Shown here one piece after another: positions 24,829 through 35,466 of a stretch of 44,818 nucleotides of DNA. Numbering within the stretch: position 1 is the stretch's first letter; each line of letters starts with the position of its first letter. A program made the translations under genes and the position numbers. Source of the stretch: a virus (taxonomy: Duplodnaviria > Caudoviricetes); the IMG/VR virus record IMGVR_UViG_3300035673_000078, positions 1 through 44,818 of that record; one strand, written 5' to 3'. A model generated the notes under the pieces. That model ran no database searches. It was given only the letters and a program-made list of their open reading frames with translations, and was not told the DNA's origin.

Positions 24829-25584
24829 ATGCCAGCAGTCCTAACAACTCCGTACGACACCTTCGAAGACGTCATGAACCTGGCGCGCGCGCTGGGCAAT
24901 GATCAGCAGGTGTCGATTGCCGGCGAGCTCCTGGCGGACACGCAGCCGTACGTCCCAATCCTGGGCAACAAGGCGTATCGCGATCTGCAGCGCGACCTGA
25001 CGGCCAAGGGCGTGGAAACGCTGGCCAAGGAGACCATCATCACCGGGCTGCCGGCCGTCGCAAGTCCGGACCCGGGGGTGAATGTGAGTCTGAGTTTTAC
25101 CGGATTCAACAATGGCACCACGAACACGGCGCTGCCCGCGCTCCCGGCCGATCTGCTGGGACCGCTGCGGATCTGGGAGCGTCCCACGGGCCAGGTGAGC
25201 CAGTTTATTCCGATGCACAACCGGCTGGACGGCCTGCCGTCGGTGACGCAGTCAAGCTGCCTGAAATGGTGGCAATGGTTGCAGGACCAACTGGTGATGA
25301 TCGGAAGCCTGCAGTCGAACGATATCAAGATGCGCTACAACCAGCGCCTGCCCGCGCTGGTGCTCTCGCCCGTGCCCAGTCCGGTGCTGATCATCAATGC
25401 CATGGACGCGATGGCGTGGCGCGTGATCGCGCTGTTCTGCCAGGCCCGCGGCGGTGAAGGCGCGGTCTATGCGGACCAGCAATATGAGATCGAGAAAAGC
25501 CGGCTGATCGCGCCGACCACGAAGCGGCGTCAGCGCGCCGTGGCCATGCGCAAGCCGTGGGGCGGACGCCGCTCTCGCCGCTAA
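24829..25584 (+). CDS. Putative head-tail adaptor
   Basis: 251 aa with helical ends and beta middle (LPADLLGPLRIWER), basic C-terminus; precedes the nozzle gene. Confidence 0.65.
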   Translation: MPAVLTTPYDTFEDVMNLARALGNDQQVSIAGELLADTQPYVPILGNKAYRDLQRDLTAKGVETLAKETIITGLPAVASPDPGVNVSLSFTGFNNGTTNTALPALPADLLGPLRIWERPTGQVSQFIPMHNRLDGLPSVTQSSCLKWWQWLQDQLVMIGSLQSNDIKMRYNQRLPALVLSPVPSPVLIINAMDAMAWRVIALFCQARGGEGAVYADQQYEIEKSRLIAPTTKRRQRAVAMRKPWGGRRSRR

Positions 25585-25673
25585 AGCGGCTTCGCGAGCT
25601 CCTAGCCTCTAGCTACTAGCTAGAAGCCAGCAGCTTTAACAATTTCGAGAATTTGAATCGGGGGAGTTTATCT

Positions 25674-26249
25674 ATGTTGGAAGCAAAAGTAATTGCAATC
25701 GTCGAGAAAAAAGGCACGCTGATCAGCTGGCGGAAAGCCATCGAGCGCGCGCCCAGGCTGATCGGGCGTGGTTTGCTTGATCTGATTCGCGGCGCGGTTT
25801 CATGGGCTGAAGTTCCGGACGTGCTGCGCGTGGCGTTCAGCCGCTCGGCGCTGGCGTCCAGCGTTTCGCCGCTGCCGAATGCCGGCGGCGTGGCCATCCA
25901 GGCGGAACAGAAATTTCTCAACATCATCGGCACCATTGCGCTGACGGGCAACTATCCCGGCGCTCCGGGCGAGATCTTCGATATCACGAAGCTAACGCTG
26001 CCTCCGGGCTGGACTTTACCCGCGGTGGGCGCGATCGTCTGCGGCTGGGCCTGGTCCATCAACCCACTGGGCTCGAGCGGATTCAGTTACACCATTATTC
26101 CGGGATCCACGCAACAGAACGGCAAGCTCGATGTCCAGCAGGGCGGCGGCGCCTCTTCTCCCAACGGCGAGATCTCCACCGCGGCTTATCCTGCCGGCGT
26201 GCTCAGCGACACGATTCAGTTTGAAGTGTTAGTTACTGTCGCCGGATAA
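25674..26249 (+). CDS. Putative virion protein
   Basis: GGGGAG RBS before ATG 25674 (ORF 25653..26249); beta-rich C-terminal domain. Confidence 0.65.
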   Translation: MLEAKVIAIVEKKGTLISWRKAIERAPRLIGRGLLDLIRGAVSWAEVPDVLRVAFSRSALASSVSPLPNAGGVAIQAEQKFLNIIGTIALTGNYPGAPGEIFDITKLTLPPGWTLPAVGAIVCGWAWSINPLGSSGFSYTIIPGSTQQNGKLDVQQGGGASSPNGEISTAAYPAGVLSDTIQFEVLVTVAG

Positions 26250-26269
26250 GACCTTTTTCACCGCAAGAA

Positions 26270-26375
26270 ATTTAACCGCAAAGGACGCGAAGGACGCGAA
26301 GGGAAACGAGGGTGCTGCGCTCGCGAGAGTGAAACCCTTCCTACCTTTGCGCTCTTTGCGACCTTTGCGGTAAAT
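26270..26375. repeat. REP-like inverted repeat of 9-bp units
   Basis: accgcaaaggacgcgaaggacgcgaagg ... cctttgcgctctttgcgacctttgcggt. Confidence 0.8.
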
Positions 26376-26408
26376 CCGCTCTTTCCCCCCCCCTCCCTGC
26401 TGATTTCC

Positions 26409-29400
26409 GTGGCCAACAACAATCAACAACCCGCGGTGGACATTCCACTCGACGCCTTCCTGGGCCTGGTGACGGAAAGCGATATCACCAGTCTGCCTCC
26501 CGGAGCCAGCCCGGACCAGCAGGACCTGATCTTCACGCCGGGCAGCGTGGACACGCGTCCGTGCCTGCATCGCATCTTTCCCGCCGGCGCGACCACGACT
26601 TACACCTACGAAAAGACTTTCATCCAGCCCAACGGGCAGCCGCTGAATCTTTATCTCGATTCGGCCGGAATTTTCTGGCAGGAAGACGTCACCAACAATC
26701 CAGGAGTTAAAACGCAGGTGGCTGCGGGCACGCCCGGGCTCTACGCGCAGAGCGTCACGGCCTTTGGACGCGAATACATCGCATTCTCTGACGGCCTGCA
26801 CGGCGCCGACATCCCGCGGCAATACGACGGCACAAATTACGATCGCGTAACGCAGGAAGGTCCCGCGGCCGCGCCTTCCATTGCCGACATCATCGCCAAC
26901 GTCAACATCACCAGCGTGACGCTGGCGGTCGCGGTGAATATTTCCGGCATTGCCAGCGTTGCGGGAACGGGCGGCGCGCTCAATATCGCCACGTTCACCA
27001 CGGCTGCGCCGCACGGACTGGTGGTGAACCAGGCCATTCTGGTCCAGGGCGCGACGGTGGCGGGATACAACGGCGTATTCGCGCCCACCACGGTTCCCTC
27101 GGCCACCACGTTCACCGTGGTCTATGCCGGGGCCGTTCTGGGAGCTTCAGGGGCGGCGGGCGGCGTGGGACCGGCATCGGCCACCATCATTACCGCAACC
27201 CCGCACGGCATGTTTCAGGGCGATGCCTTCACCTTCACCGGCAATGCCGGCACGCTGAACAACAGCGCTCAGGGCAATCCGACGAACTGGGTGGTTAGCG
27301 CGGTCACGAACGCCACCACATTTACTTTTGCGTTATCGAACCAGTTTGGCCTTGTCCAGGGTGGCCAGGCGGCCACCACGGGCGGCGCGGGCGGCGTGCT
27401 GACCACCGGCGGCATGATCACGGTGGGCTTGCACCAGATGGTCTGCATGTTCCTTACGCGGTCCGGCTACATCACCGCGCCATCGCCTTCCGTGAGCTGG
27501 AGCGCGCTGGGCAACAAGCAGGCCACGGCGACGAATATCCCGATTGGGCCGGCCAACGTGGTGGCGCGAATCCTGGCCTTCACCGGCACCGGCGGATCGC
27601 ACTATTTCTATATTCCGCTGAACGTCGCCGGCGGGGCGCAGTCCACGGTGATCAATGACAACACCACCACGTCGCTGACTATTGACTTTTCAGACAACAC
27701 GCTTTTCGCCTCGATCGGCATCGACATTCTGGGCAACAACCTGTTCGCGCAGCGCGTGCTCGGGCCGTGCCTGGGCTTCACGGTTTATGGCAGCCGCCTG
27801 GGCGCGTGGGGCGAGTATCGGCGCGTTGAGAATTTCCTGAACATGGGTTTTGACGGCGGCTTTCTTTCCGCGACGCCCACCGTGCCGCTTTACTGGACGA
27901 TTCCCGGCGCGGGCGGGGCTCTGGTGACGGGAGCGGCGAATTTTGGAGGCGCATGGCAGATCACCGGCGACGGAACCAATGCCGTCCGCGGGCTGATCAC
28001 GCAGACCGCGTTTCAGGACCGCTTCAACATCGCTATCATCGCGCCGAACACGCAATACAGCCTGCGCGTGTGGGCCAAGGCGTCCGCCGCGGGCCTGGCG
28101 GGAAATCTCCAGGCCATCCTGAGCGGAACCGGCTTTACCGCGACCGCCTCGATCCCGGTGATCAGCTGCTCCACGCAGGGCGGGTTTGTGCAGGCAAAAT
28201 TCAATCTGCCCACGCCGGCGGTGATTCCCGCCGATCTGATTCTCAGCATCCAGGAAGCGGGCGGGCTGAACAACCTGGCCACCATCACCATTGACGACGC
28301 TGAGCTGATCTTTACCAACCAGCCATATATCGACAGCGCGGCATATTTCTCTTACATCAACAATCCCGAGGGCTTTGACGCGATCACCGGGAAGTTCCAG
28401 GCCAGCGACGATGACACGCCGATCCGCTTCTTCACCACGCTGCGCAGCTGGCTGATCATGGCGACGGCGGGAGGCCTGCATCGGTCAATTCAGTCGGCGG
28501 GCGAGCCGGCATTCTGGTCGATCGACACTATTTCCGGCGCGGTGGGTGCGCTGAGTTTTCGCGCCGGAGATCCCGGCAAGTTCGGCAAAGGCGATACCGG
28601 CGAAGAGTGGATCATCATAGGCGGCTACGGCGGCGCGTATCTTTACGGCGGCGGTCCGCTGTGGAAGATCAGCCAGGAAAATCAGCCGATCTGGGACCGC
28701 ATCAACAAAGCCGCGCAGCATACGCTGTGGATCAAGAACGATTCCGCCAATCGCCGGATCTACTTCGCGCTGCCGCTGGACCAGGCCACGTCGCCCAACG
28801 CGCTTTATCCGCTCGATTATCGCGAGCTCGATACCGATCAGCAGATTGCCGCCGCGCCGCCGGTGCGGACATCAGGCTACAGCGGCAAGACGATTGCCAC
28901 TGACATGGCGCGCAAGTGGACGCGCTGGAACATCAGCGCGAATTGCGGCGAGATCATGGCCCGGCCGGGAAACACGTTTCAATTCTGCCTGGGCGCCGGC
29001 AACGGCGTCACGCCGGGACAGCAGAACGGCTTTGGCAACATCTATTTTCTGGATTCGGCCAAGCTCACTGATGACGATTACGGCGGCATGGTCCCGTACT
29101 GGGTGAGCCATCTCTTTCCCACGCACGACCAGGAGCAGCAGTTACAGCTCGGGAGTTATCAGCACCTTTTCCAGTACTCGGCATATTTCGTGAGCGGCGT
29201 GGGCCAGCTGGTGATCACGCCGTATGCCGGCAGCCTGGTCAATCCCCGGCCGGCCAGCGTGGCGCGCACGCTGAATTTGAATCCGCTGACTGATATCGAG
29301 ATCCCGCTGAACGTAACGGCCGCGCGCGTCGCCTTCAAGATCGCGGTGATCCCGCTGCAGGGGCAGACCGACGTGAAGATGAGCCTGAGCAAGATGATCA

Positions 29401-29447
29401 TCACCATCCGGAAGAACGCGATGGCGCAGGTCAGAGGAGCGAAGTAG
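26409..29447 (+). CDS. Putative tail nozzle/hub (packaged-DNA stabilisation) protein with inserted domains
   Basis: 1012 aa; N-terminal FLGLVT...LPPGASP motif typical of podovirus nozzle proteins; position between adaptor and ejection genes. Confidence 0.7.
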   Translation: MANNNQQPAVDIPLDAFLGLVTESDITSLPPGASPDQQDLIFTPGSVDTRPCLHRIFPAGATTTYTYEKTFIQPNGQPLNLYLDSAGIFWQEDVTNNPGVKTQVAAGTPGLYAQSVTAFGREYIAFSDGLHGADIPRQYDGTNYDRVTQEGPAAAPSIADIIANVNITSVTLAVAVNISGIASVAGTGGALNIATFTTAAPHGLVVNQAILVQGATVAGYNGVFAPTTVPSATTFTVVYAGAVLGASGAAGGVGPASATIITATPHGMFQGDAFTFTGNAGTLNNSAQGNPTNWVVSAVTNATTFTFALSNQFGLVQGGQAATTGGAGGVLTTGGMITVGLHQMVCMFLTRSGYITAPSPSVSWSALGNKQATATNIPIGPANVVARILAFTGTGGSHYFYIPLNVAGGAQSTVINDNTTTSLTIDFSDNTLFASIGIDILGNNLFAQRVLGPCLGFTVYGSRLGAWGEYRRVENFLNMGFDGGFLSATPTVPLYWTIPGAGGALVTGAANFGGAWQITGDGTNAVRGLITQTAFQDRFNIAIIAPNTQYSLRVWAKASAAGLAGNLQAILSGTGFTATASIPVISCSTQGGFVQAKFNLPTPAVIPADLILSIQEAGGLNNLATITIDDAELIFTNQPYIDSAAYFSYINNPEGFDAITGKFQASDDDTPIRFFTTLRSWLIMATAGGLHRSIQSAGEPAFWSIDTISGAVGALSFRAGDPGKFGKGDTGEEWIIIGGYGGAYLYGGGPLWKISQENQPIWDRINKAAQHTLWIKNDSANRRIYFALPLDQATSPNALYPLDYRELDTDQQIAAAPPVRTSGYSGKTIATDMARKWTRWNISANCGEIMARPGNTFQFCLGAGNGVTPGQQNGFGNIYFLDSAKLTDDDYGGMVPYWVSHLFPTHDQEQQLQLGSYQHLFQYSAYFVSGVGQLVITPYAGSLVNPRPASVARTLNLNPLTDIEIPLNVTAARVAFKIAVIPLQGQTDVKMSLSKMIITIRKNAMAQVRGAK

Positions 29448-29594
29448 CTTCCACCACGGAGGCACGGAGACACGGAGAACAGCCCGGAGCGGAAAAACGG
29501 GCGAAGCCGACTTGCGCGCTGAGCCCCCGCTGCAACAGGCGCAAAACGACTGAACGCAAGGCGATAAGTTAGAGCGGTTTTGGAGCAAAGCGAC

Positions 29595-30137
29595 ATGCAA
29601 AAGTTAGACATTCAGAATATCGAGAAAATCCGCCAGGAAAATCCGCTGCTGGCCGAGGCGCTCGAATCGATTGCCAACGAAGTTGCGCACGTGGCTGATC
29701 AGACCACGGCGACGATCGGCGGAAGCACGGCCGCGCCTCCGGCGCCGACCAGCGTGAACGTGGTGGCCTCGGGCGGGATCCATGACATCGCCATCACCGA
29801 TCGCAATCCGGTGAATCGCGGGATCAACTATTTTGTGGAGTACTCAGACAGTCCCAGCTTCGTGGCGCCGCGGGTGATCGATCTGGGCGCTTCGCGCAAC
29901 CATCGCACCGCGCTGGGAAACCAGACGCTGTATTTCCGCGCTTATTCGGCTTATCCCACGTCCCCGCGATCGGCGGCGGTATATCACGGCGGATCGGCGT
30001 CGAGTCCTGCGGCCGTGATCGGCGGCGGATCAGCCACCGGCCCGGCTCCGCAAGCGAGCCAGGGATCAGGAACAACCAACGGGGCGAACGGCGGCGATGG
30101 CGGCTTCGGCAATCAGCCGTCGCGAGGACCGCGGTAA
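29595..30137 (+). CDS. Putative virion protein with Fn3-like domain
   Basis: GGAG RBS; PPAPTSVNV...YFVEYSDSPSF...YFRAYS. Confidence 0.7.
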   Translation: MQKLDIQNIEKIRQENPLLAEALESIANEVAHVADQTTATIGGSTAAPPAPTSVNVVASGGIHDIAITDRNPVNRGINYFVEYSDSPSFVAPRVIDLGASRNHRTALGNQTLYFRAYSAYPTSPRSAAVYHGGSASSPAAVIGGGSATGPAPQASQGSGTTNGANGGDGGFGNQPSRGPR

Positions 30138-30527
30138 ATGCACGGACGCAAAATGACCGCGGCTGACCTGAATCGGGTCAAAGCTATGTTTGCCGCGAAG
30201 GGTGCGGACTTTCAGTTTCCGAATTTTGGCAACAACATCATGGCCAAGCGCGTGGTGGAGAGCGGCTCGCTGATTGTCGCCGGCGCCGCCGCCAGGGTCA
30301 CGACCGAGATTTATCTGTTCACCGATCCCAGCTGGGAATCGCCGCGCTGGCGGCTTGAAGCGATCAAATTTTTACAGCGGGAAATGTGCGCGGAGTTGAA
30401 GGAAAAAGGAATCACTGAAGGCGTGGCGTGGATCCCGCCGGCGATGGAGCGCGCGTTCGGCAAGCGATTGGTGGATGACCTGGGCTGGGATCGCTGCAGG
30501 GGAACGGATTTCGTGATTCACACTTAA
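30138..30527 (+). CDS. GNAT-fold-like protein, as often found before podovirus ejection genes
   Basis: 129 aa; size, position and KRLVDDLGW ending are consistent. Confidence 0.5.
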   Translation: MHGRKMTAADLNRVKAMFAAKGADFQFPNFGNNIMAKRVVESGSLIVAGAAARVTTEIYLFTDPSWESPRWRLEAIKFLQREMCAELKEKGITEGVAWIPPAMERAFGKRLVDDLGWDRCRGTDFVIHT

Positions 30528-30531
30528 ATTT

Positions 30532-31098
30532 ATGCCTAAAGCAAATAAAAAAGGCGTTCAGGCGGGTAATGACGCGGCGGATACGGCGTCGAGTACAGGC
30601 AAAGCGCTCAACTCGCGCGCCATGAGCCTGCAGGACACGCTGGAGCCACAGCTCGAAGGCGATATCGCCAATCCCCAGGGCTTTGGCACAACCGGGCTCA
30701 ACTCCATGAACACAGCCATCCAGCAATCCACGGGTGGATCGACGGGCGGGATCGTGGGCCAGGGCAATCTCACGGCGGCGCGCACGCGCAATGCCGGAGC
30801 CTTCACCGCGGCGGCGCAGGAAGCCAGCCGCGAGGGCACACGCACTGCCGCCGACAACACGCTCAAAGTCCAGGGCATGAATGAGAACCTGAAGGCCGAG
30901 CAGCGCGCGTCGGCGCTTCGCGCCAAGCAGGGACTCTTTGGCAGCGATCTTTCCGGCAGCTTGCAGGCCATGGGCCTGGTTCCGGGCGACATCAACGCCG
31001 CGACGAAGGCTGAAGGTCCCAGTTGGCTGGACCAGCTTAGCCAGATGAGCGGGATTGCCGCGAACGCAGGAAAGGCTTATTCCGGATTCCACGGCTAA
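30532..31098 (+). CDS. Putative DNA ejection (pilot) protein
   Basis: 188 aa, A/G/Q/S-rich, no Cys. Confidence 0.65.
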   Translation: MPKANKKGVQAGNDAADTASSTGKALNSRAMSLQDTLEPQLEGDIANPQGFGTTGLNSMNTAIQQSTGGSTGGIVGQGNLTAARTRNAGAFTAAAQEASREGTRTAADNTLKVQGMNENLKAEQRASALRAKQGLFGSDLSGSLQAMGLVPGDINAATKAEGPSWLDQLSQMSGIAANAGKAYSGFHG

Positions 31099-31101
31099 TC
31101 T

Positions 31102-32703
31102 ATGTTTGATCTTTATGAAGACGATGATCAGGACCTGCTGAATCCGCGGCGCTCTCGCCCGGGCCAAGAGATGATTGCCGGGCCAGGTCCGCAACGCACG
31201 CCGGCCGAGCTTCCCGCCATCGATGCGCCGGAAGTAGGCAGTCAGCGCTCAGCACTCAGCGCTCAGCCCGAGGAAAGCAATGTTCCACGTGCAACCATGG
31301 CTGCGCCCGATGCAAGTGTTGCAAGTGCAACAAACGCAACAAGTGCAACACGTCGATCTTCCGATTCTCCCGGGTCTGTGGGCATTGCCGGGCCGACGGC
31401 GCCCGGAAGCGCTCCGGCCTCGGCAAGATCTTCCGCGATCGCTGGACCGTCAAGCACCGGTCCCACGCTCGACCAGGACATCACGATGCACCGCAACCGG
31501 CGCGATTACATGAACGAAACCGGATCCGGCATTTCGCAGATACATAATCCCTTTCTCCGCGGACTGGCGCACGTGGCCGACATTGCCGGCAGCACGTTAT
31601 TTCCTTTTCAGACGGCGATGATCCCCGGCACTGAAGGGCACCATCGCCAACTGATGAATCAGGAAACCGGCGCGATCGACCGGGACCTGTCCGAGCAGAC
31701 TTCGCGCGCGGCCACGGCCCACACCAGCGCCGAGACTTCGCATCTGGGCGAGGAAGACAAGAAGATCGAGCATGACCTGAACGCGCCGGACAGTCCCACG
31801 GACAAGCCTATTCATTCTTACGTCGACAAGGATGGCCAGCAGGCCACGGTATTCCAGCGTCCCGACAACACTACTTACGTTAAGCAGTTTGGCGCGGTGC
31901 AGCAGAAGCCGGAAAAGCCCGACACGTCGACGCAGCTGAAAGAGCAGTTCATGGCCACGTTGAAGAAAGCGGCGCCGGGCGGGAACATCGATCCGGCCGC
32001 CATGACCGACGTGCGCAAGCTGGTTAACATCATCACCCACTCGCCCACGCTCACGCCGGCGGAGAAGGAAAGCGCGGTCTCTTATCTGATTGCCAATCCC
32101 ACGCCCAGCTCGTCGGGCACGAACGTGGTGATCAAAGAAGCCGGAGCCAACGCCCGGGCGGAGAAGTCCGGCGAACGCGCAGACCAGCGCACGTCCACCG
32201 CGCGCGATGAGCGCCGCATCGACCAGCATGACAAAGCGTATGTCCAGCCGGCCGAGGCGGTGGAGAAAAGTTACGAGATGATGGACAATGCGTATCGCGA
32301 ATTCAAAGATGCGGAAGCGCACGGGCAGAAGCTGCCCACCGGCGCGCAGAGCATGGTCGCGCTCTCCACGCATCTCTCAACCACGTTTGGCAACGTCAAG
32401 GGCGCCCGCATCACCAAGGACATGATCCAGGAGCATCTGGGCGCGCGCAGCATCAGCGACGCCGCGCTGGTGGCCATGCAGAAATTTACCAACGGCGACG
32501 TGCTCTCTCCCGAGCAGTGGAACGCGTTTCACGACCTCATCAAGCAGTCGCGCGATCTCAGCTGGAAGACCGCGGTAAAAGAAGCGCAGCGCAAGAAAAT
32601 TCCCGTCGACTTCCTGCCTCCCGATCTTCAGGGCCTGAGCTCTGACGGCGGCGGCAGCGTGACCGCGGATGAGCTGCTCAAGAAATATCCTCCCAAAAAA
32701 TAG
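31102..32703 (+). CDS. Putative internal virion / ejection protein
   Basis: 533 aa, low-complexity N-half, no Cys, position. Confidence 0.65.
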   Translation: MFDLYEDDDQDLLNPRRSRPGQEMIAGPGPQRTPAELPAIDAPEVGSQRSALSAQPEESNVPRATMAAPDASVASATNATSATRRSSDSPGSVGIAGPTAPGSAPASARSSAIAGPSSTGPTLDQDITMHRNRRDYMNETGSGISQIHNPFLRGLAHVADIAGSTLFPFQTAMIPGTEGHHRQLMNQETGAIDRDLSEQTSRAATAHTSAETSHLGEEDKKIEHDLNAPDSPTDKPIHSYVDKDGQQATVFQRPDNTTYVKQFGAVQQKPEKPDTSTQLKEQFMATLKKAAPGGNIDPAAMTDVRKLVNIITHSPTLTPAEKESAVSYLIANPTPSSSGTNVVIKEAGANARAEKSGERADQRTSTARDERRIDQHDKAYVQPAEAVEKSYEMMDNAYREFKDAEAHGQKLPTGAQSMVALSTHLSTTFGNVKGARITKDMIQEHLGARSISDAALVAMQKFTNGDVLSPEQWNAFHDLIKQSRDLSWKTAVKEAQRKKIPVDFLPPDLQGLSSDGGGSVTADELLKKYPPKK

Positions 32704-32705
32704 TC

Positions 32706-34880
32706 ATGGCCGACGACAATCCAATTTTTCAGATGGTGGCGGACCCGGACTTCGCCAGGATGCCGGTGTCAGAACAGCGTAAGGCGCTCTCTGCCCACGA
32801 TTCCAGCTTTGGCCAGGTGGGCGATGATGATCTGACAAAGTTTGTCCAGGCGCATTCGCCCACGCACACCGGCATGCCGCGCGGCGATGTCTCTGCCGCG
32901 CACGATCTGGCCGCGCACACCGCGCCCGGTACCGGCACCGACGCGGGTTCGCGCATGCGGCAGATCTCCGGACCGCCCGGCGCGCTGATGAATCCGCGCG
33001 AATTCCTGAACATGAACCAGGTCACCAGCACCATGGGACGGCGCACGCCCGGAATTGAGAACGTGGATCCGTACACGCCGCTGAAGGAAGAATCCAACCG
33101 GCGCTTTGCCGCGGGCGAGCCGCGCGGCGCTGCCGGCATGATCACTGACACCGCAGACATGGCCAGCGGCATGACCACGCCTGGCAACCTGGCGCTGATG
33201 GCGGCCGGTCCGCTCACCAAAGCTCTGCCCGCTGCAGGCCTCATCACCAAGCCGCTGATGGCCGGAGCCAGCGCGCTTTTCGGCGCGGAGGGCGGGAAAG
33301 ATATTTACGATGCCGCGACCGACACCGAAGCCGAGCCTGCCGATCGTGTGCGCAAAGGCCTGCTCGGCGGCGCGGGAGTCGCAGGCGGCATTGCCGGACT
33401 GGGCGAGATCGCGCCCGGTCCGAAAACTATCGGCCCCATCGAGAGCGGCATGGGCGAAGCCGGCGTGCGCGGCATGTTTAATAAGAAAATGGATATCGCC
33501 GCGCCCAACGAGCCGTTCACTCCGCGGGAGCTGTTTGAAGGCGCGCGTGATCATGGAGTGAACCTTGACCTGGCCGATGCCAGCGGCGCAGGCCTGCCGC
33601 GCACCGCGAAGAAATATGTTTCGCGATCGCTGGGCGGCGCCAACACGTTCAGCAACGCGCAGCAGGGCAACGTGGCCGCGCTGGACCAGTGGGGCAGCGA
33701 TTATCTGAATAAATTCTCCAGCTACTCCGGAGAGAACGCCGGCGCGCGCATCCAGGACTCGCTGAAGAACGATTACGCGCAGCGCAAGAATTCCGCCAGC
33801 CAGGAGTTTGAGGACCTGGACAAGCGCGTCGGGCCGAACACCATTGACGGGACCGCCACGGTCGAGGCGGAAGCGCTGAAGATCCGCGACGGCATGAAGC
33901 AGTATTACGAGCGCCATCCTGAGCTGGTACCGCGCCAGGCGTGGTCGATCATTGAAGACCTGGCCGAGCGGCCGACGGTCACGGTGAAAGGTCCCACGGC
34001 CGGCAACACGCAGGTTCCCGCGAAGTCGAACAATTTCAGCTGGAGCGAACTGCATCAGCTTCGCTCTGACCTGATGGATATCTATCGCAACAATCCTGAT
34101 CTGGTAAAGTCACGCGCCGACGCGTGGCTGCAGCAGATGGTCAAGACCATTGACGACACCATGACCGGCGCGGCCAGCCAGCTCTCGCCCGCCGACAAAT
34201 GGCAGTTCCGCGCGGCCAATGAGACCTGGGAAGGCCTCAAGCAGACCTATGACAACCCGGCGCATCCGCTGTATCACGCGGTGCGGGCGCAGCAGCCCAG
34301 CCAGGTCACGAACATGCTGCTGAACATGAAAGCTCCGGAATTTGCGCGACAGATGAAGTCCGTGCTGGGCCCCGAGTTTGGCGATTTGCAGCGCGCCGCT
34401 GCAGAAAGAATTCTCGGCCAGGACCGCACCGGCGCCGGATACGATTTCAAATCCATGCCCGGGCGGCTGAAGAATTATCCGTCGGCATATATCAACGATC
34501 TGCTGGGACCGCAGGCCGCGCGCGATCTGCGCATGATGTCGCGGACCGGGATGACGGTGTTGTCGAATGAGAATCCCAGCGGGACGTCCGCAGTGATGGT
34601 GCCGGCGGCGGAAGCGGGATCGATTGTGAGCGGGATCGGCACCGGCCTGTCGACCGGACATCCGCTGGCGCTGGGAGCGGCGGCCATTCCTCCCGCCGAA
34701 TACGCCGTCGCCCGGGGCATGAACAGCCCGCGCGTGGTGGACCATCTCACCGATCCCCGAACAGCGCGTGCCATGCCGCGGGGTCTTCCGATCGCTGCCG
34801 GCGCGACCACGATGAACGATGCCGAAGACACCCTGGCGCAAAGATTGATGCGGAAACGAGCGGAGATCGCGGGGCCTTAA
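32706..34880 (+). CDS. Putative large ejection protein
   Basis: 724 aa, G/A-rich hydrophobic segments and helical body; last rightward gene. Confidence 0.7.
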   Translation: MADDNPIFQMVADPDFARMPVSEQRKALSAHDSSFGQVGDDDLTKFVQAHSPTHTGMPRGDVSAAHDLAAHTAPGTGTDAGSRMRQISGPPGALMNPREFLNMNQVTSTMGRRTPGIENVDPYTPLKEESNRRFAAGEPRGAAGMITDTADMASGMTTPGNLALMAAGPLTKALPAAGLITKPLMAGASALFGAEGGKDIYDAATDTEAEPADRVRKGLLGGAGVAGGIAGLGEIAPGPKTIGPIESGMGEAGVRGMFNKKMDIAAPNEPFTPRELFEGARDHGVNLDLADASGAGLPRTAKKYVSRSLGGANTFSNAQQGNVAALDQWGSDYLNKFSSYSGENAGARIQDSLKNDYAQRKNSASQEFEDLDKRVGPNTIDGTATVEAEALKIRDGMKQYYERHPELVPRQAWSIIEDLAERPTVTVKGPTAGNTQVPAKSNNFSWSELHQLRSDLMDIYRNNPDLVKSRADAWLQQMVKTIDDTMTGAASQLSPADKWQFRAANETWEGLKQTYDNPAHPLYHAVRAQQPSQVTNMLLNMKAPEFARQMKSVLGPEFGDLQRAAAERILGQDRTGAGYDFKSMPGRLKNYPSAYINDLLGPQAARDLRMMSRTGMTVLSNENPSGTSAVMVPAAEAGSIVSGIGTGLSTGHPLALGAAAIPPAEYAVARGMNSPRVVDHLTDPRTARAMPRGLPIAAGATTMNDAEDTLAQRLMRKRAEIAGP

Positions 34881-35161
34881 TTGCGGCGTAACACGCCAAC
34901 AGCGGCGTGGAGGAGAACATCGAGCGGCGTGCCATTTGGATAAATTTTGCCGCCGATGGCAAAGTTAGATTTCCCGCCCAGCATTTTTACAATTTGTTCC
35001 GGATCGACGCAAGAGACGCATCGCAGCTCGATTTTTTTTGTTTCGATCAGCGATAGGTTCATGGAGTCGACGCAGATATCGCGGGCACACTGGGAACACT
35101 GCCTCTTCGTCGAAGGGACTCTTTGCTGTCCCCAATAGCAACAGATCAAAATTCCGCTCAC
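34877..35161 (-). CDS. Small Cys-rich (Zn-binding) protein
   Basis: CSQC...C...CVSC; GGAG RBS; overlap-coupled. Confidence 0.65.
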   Translation of the reverse strand: MSGILICCYWGQQRVPSTKRQCSQCARDICVDSMNLSLIETKKIELRCVSCVDPEQIVKMLGGKSNFAIGGKIYPNGTPLDVLLHAAVGVLRRN

Positions 35162-35466
35162 TCTTCAACTCCTTCGTCAATTTCCAACACGTCGATGTTG
35201 TAATTCGCTCGGTGGCCATCGGCGAAAAGCACTGGCAGAAATGTCAGCGGCCCGACGTTTTTCCCGCAATGGGTGCAGCGCACTATCTCATCGGTCCAGG
35301 GAGGACCTATTACCTCCACGATCGTTCCTAAAGGAATCGCGCCGGGCAGGTCTTCTGGGCCAGTGCAGTGAGGCCAGCGACGCGCGATCTGCGCTCTGAT
35401 CTTACGTTCCGGCCGCTCGCTAGCTCTCCGTGCCTCCGTGTCTCCGTGGTGAGGATTCTCGGTCAC
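35158..35466 (-). CDS. Hypothetical protein with CTHC motif
   Basis: 4-bp overlaps on both sides. Confidence 0.65.
   Translation of the reverse strand: MTENPHHGDTEARRASERPERKIRAQIARRWPHCTGPEDLPGAIPLGTIVEVIGPPWTDEIVRCTHCGKNVGPLTFLPVLFADGHRANYNIDVLEIDEGVEE

Noticed and set aside
26385-26397. Poly-C tract upstream of the nozzle gene as a phase-variation site
   Set aside because: Short, intergenic and not within an identifiable promoter; a single sequence gives no evidence of length variation.
32769-34841. Long antisense ORFs opposite structural genes (also 15887..16783, 20150..21010, 27690..28481)
   Set aside because: Expected shadow frames in high-GC3 coding DNA; no RBS or recognisable motifs.
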